A DNA stretch of 20,000 bases from Alloascoidea hylecoeti (Eukaryota): the NCBI GenBank assembly GCA_001600815.1, contig BCKZ01000005.1, positions 1,093,323-1,113,322 of the forward strand. The letters run 5' to 3'. Positions 19,180-20,000 of the stretch are shown piece after piece; position 1 is the stretch's first letter, and each line of letters starts with the position of its first letter. The translations under genes were made by a program, and so were the position numbers. The notes below the pieces were generated by a model. It was not told the DNA's origin and did not search any database. It worked only from the letters and a program-made list of their open reading frames with translations.

Positions 19180-19690
19180 AACAGATTAAGCTGAATAATG
19201 AATACCCTTGGGAAGGTGATCCATTCATTTGATGAAGGCCAATTTGTTGATGAATTTATTTGAGCTACAGTTTGAGGCTTGTGAGAGTTATGAACTGTTG
19301 TTGGTGTCAACTTTTTTTATCGGGTATTTTGGTCCCAGTATATGCATGGAACTATATACAGTATTTTCACTTAATATCGGACACTTGGAAGACTAATTAT
19401 TCATGTGATCACTAAATAATTTGACACTTGAGCATTATATACTTGATGCACTAATTATCGGACACTTGAAGTATTAATGATCAGACACTTGGAGGACTAA
19501 TTATTCGCAAACGTCTGATAATTGAAAATACTGTATCACCTCAAAGGATAATATTACAACTTGCAGATGCATGCAATTATCTGGAAAAGGTAAGTCGAAA
19601 CATTTTGGATTTTCAAAAGTTGTTTAACTTCAGTGACAAGATAACGAAGCGATTTCACTTAACTTTCGGCCACGCTACATATTTTAAGTG
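19180..19690 (+). pseudogene. Possible protein-kinase gene relic with intron signals, interrupted by a MITE
   Basis: Fragments in kinase order: DEGQF...TVVGVNFF (subdomain I-II-like, with several TGA), IGYFGPSICMELY (IV-V-like), [MITE], PQRIILQLADACNYLEK (VIa-like) followed by GTAAGT at 19590, then ISLNFRPRYIF (degenerate catalytic-loop-like). No DFG motif found. Confidence 0.3.
19359..19533. mobile_element. Complete 175-bp Tc1/mariner-pogo-type MITE with TA target-site duplication
   Basis: TA|CAGTATTTTCA ... TGAAAATACTG|TA, a perfect 11-bp TIR that extends imperfectly to about 25 bp. Four internal direct copies of TAATTATCGGACACTTG-like motifs start near 19372, 19413, 19452 and 19475. Confidence 0.85.
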
Positions 19691-19874
19691 GAATCACATC
19701 ATGTCACAGTCTCAAACCCACCATCTAATTTGATGTGCTTAAATGAACGATGCAAAGTAATGAAATGTAAAAAAAACTTTTATTTTAAGAAAAAATTACA
19801 TAGGTGTACGAAAGCTGATAGCTAAAACAAATGAATGAGCTCTAGACCAGAAAACCTGTTTCAGAAAATATACC

Positions 19875-20000
<126 letters not shown>

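Overview
AT-rich fungal genomic DNA, most likely from a budding yeast (Saccharomycotina) that reads CUG as Leu and probably lies outside Saccharomycetaceae. The conserved, intronless housekeeping genes are UBP10 (525-2507 +), a CCW12-like GPI cell-wall protein (6385-6669 -), NOP6 (9727-10686 -), an SNRNP27/DUF1777 splicing factor (10905-11465 +), ECM29 (11532-17111 +) and the 3' end of polyubiquitin UBI4 (19875->20000 -, missing from the ORF track). The three long intergenic blocks (about 2.6-6.3 kb, 6.8-9.7 kb and 17.2-19.8 kb) are not empty. They hold a reconstructable, frameshifted F-box/WD40 pseudogene that, from memory, looks more like Glomeromycotina (Rhizophagus-type) proteins than yeast Cdc4/Met30. 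They also hold a decayed RGG/GY-rich zinc-finger gene, a possible intron-containing kinase relic split by a MITE, a spliced micro-ORF, and at least two TA-CAGTA Tc1/mariner-pogo-type MITEs. The most interesting hypothesis is capture and decay of foreign fungal DNA in yeast intergenic space; this needs homology searches and read-level checks.
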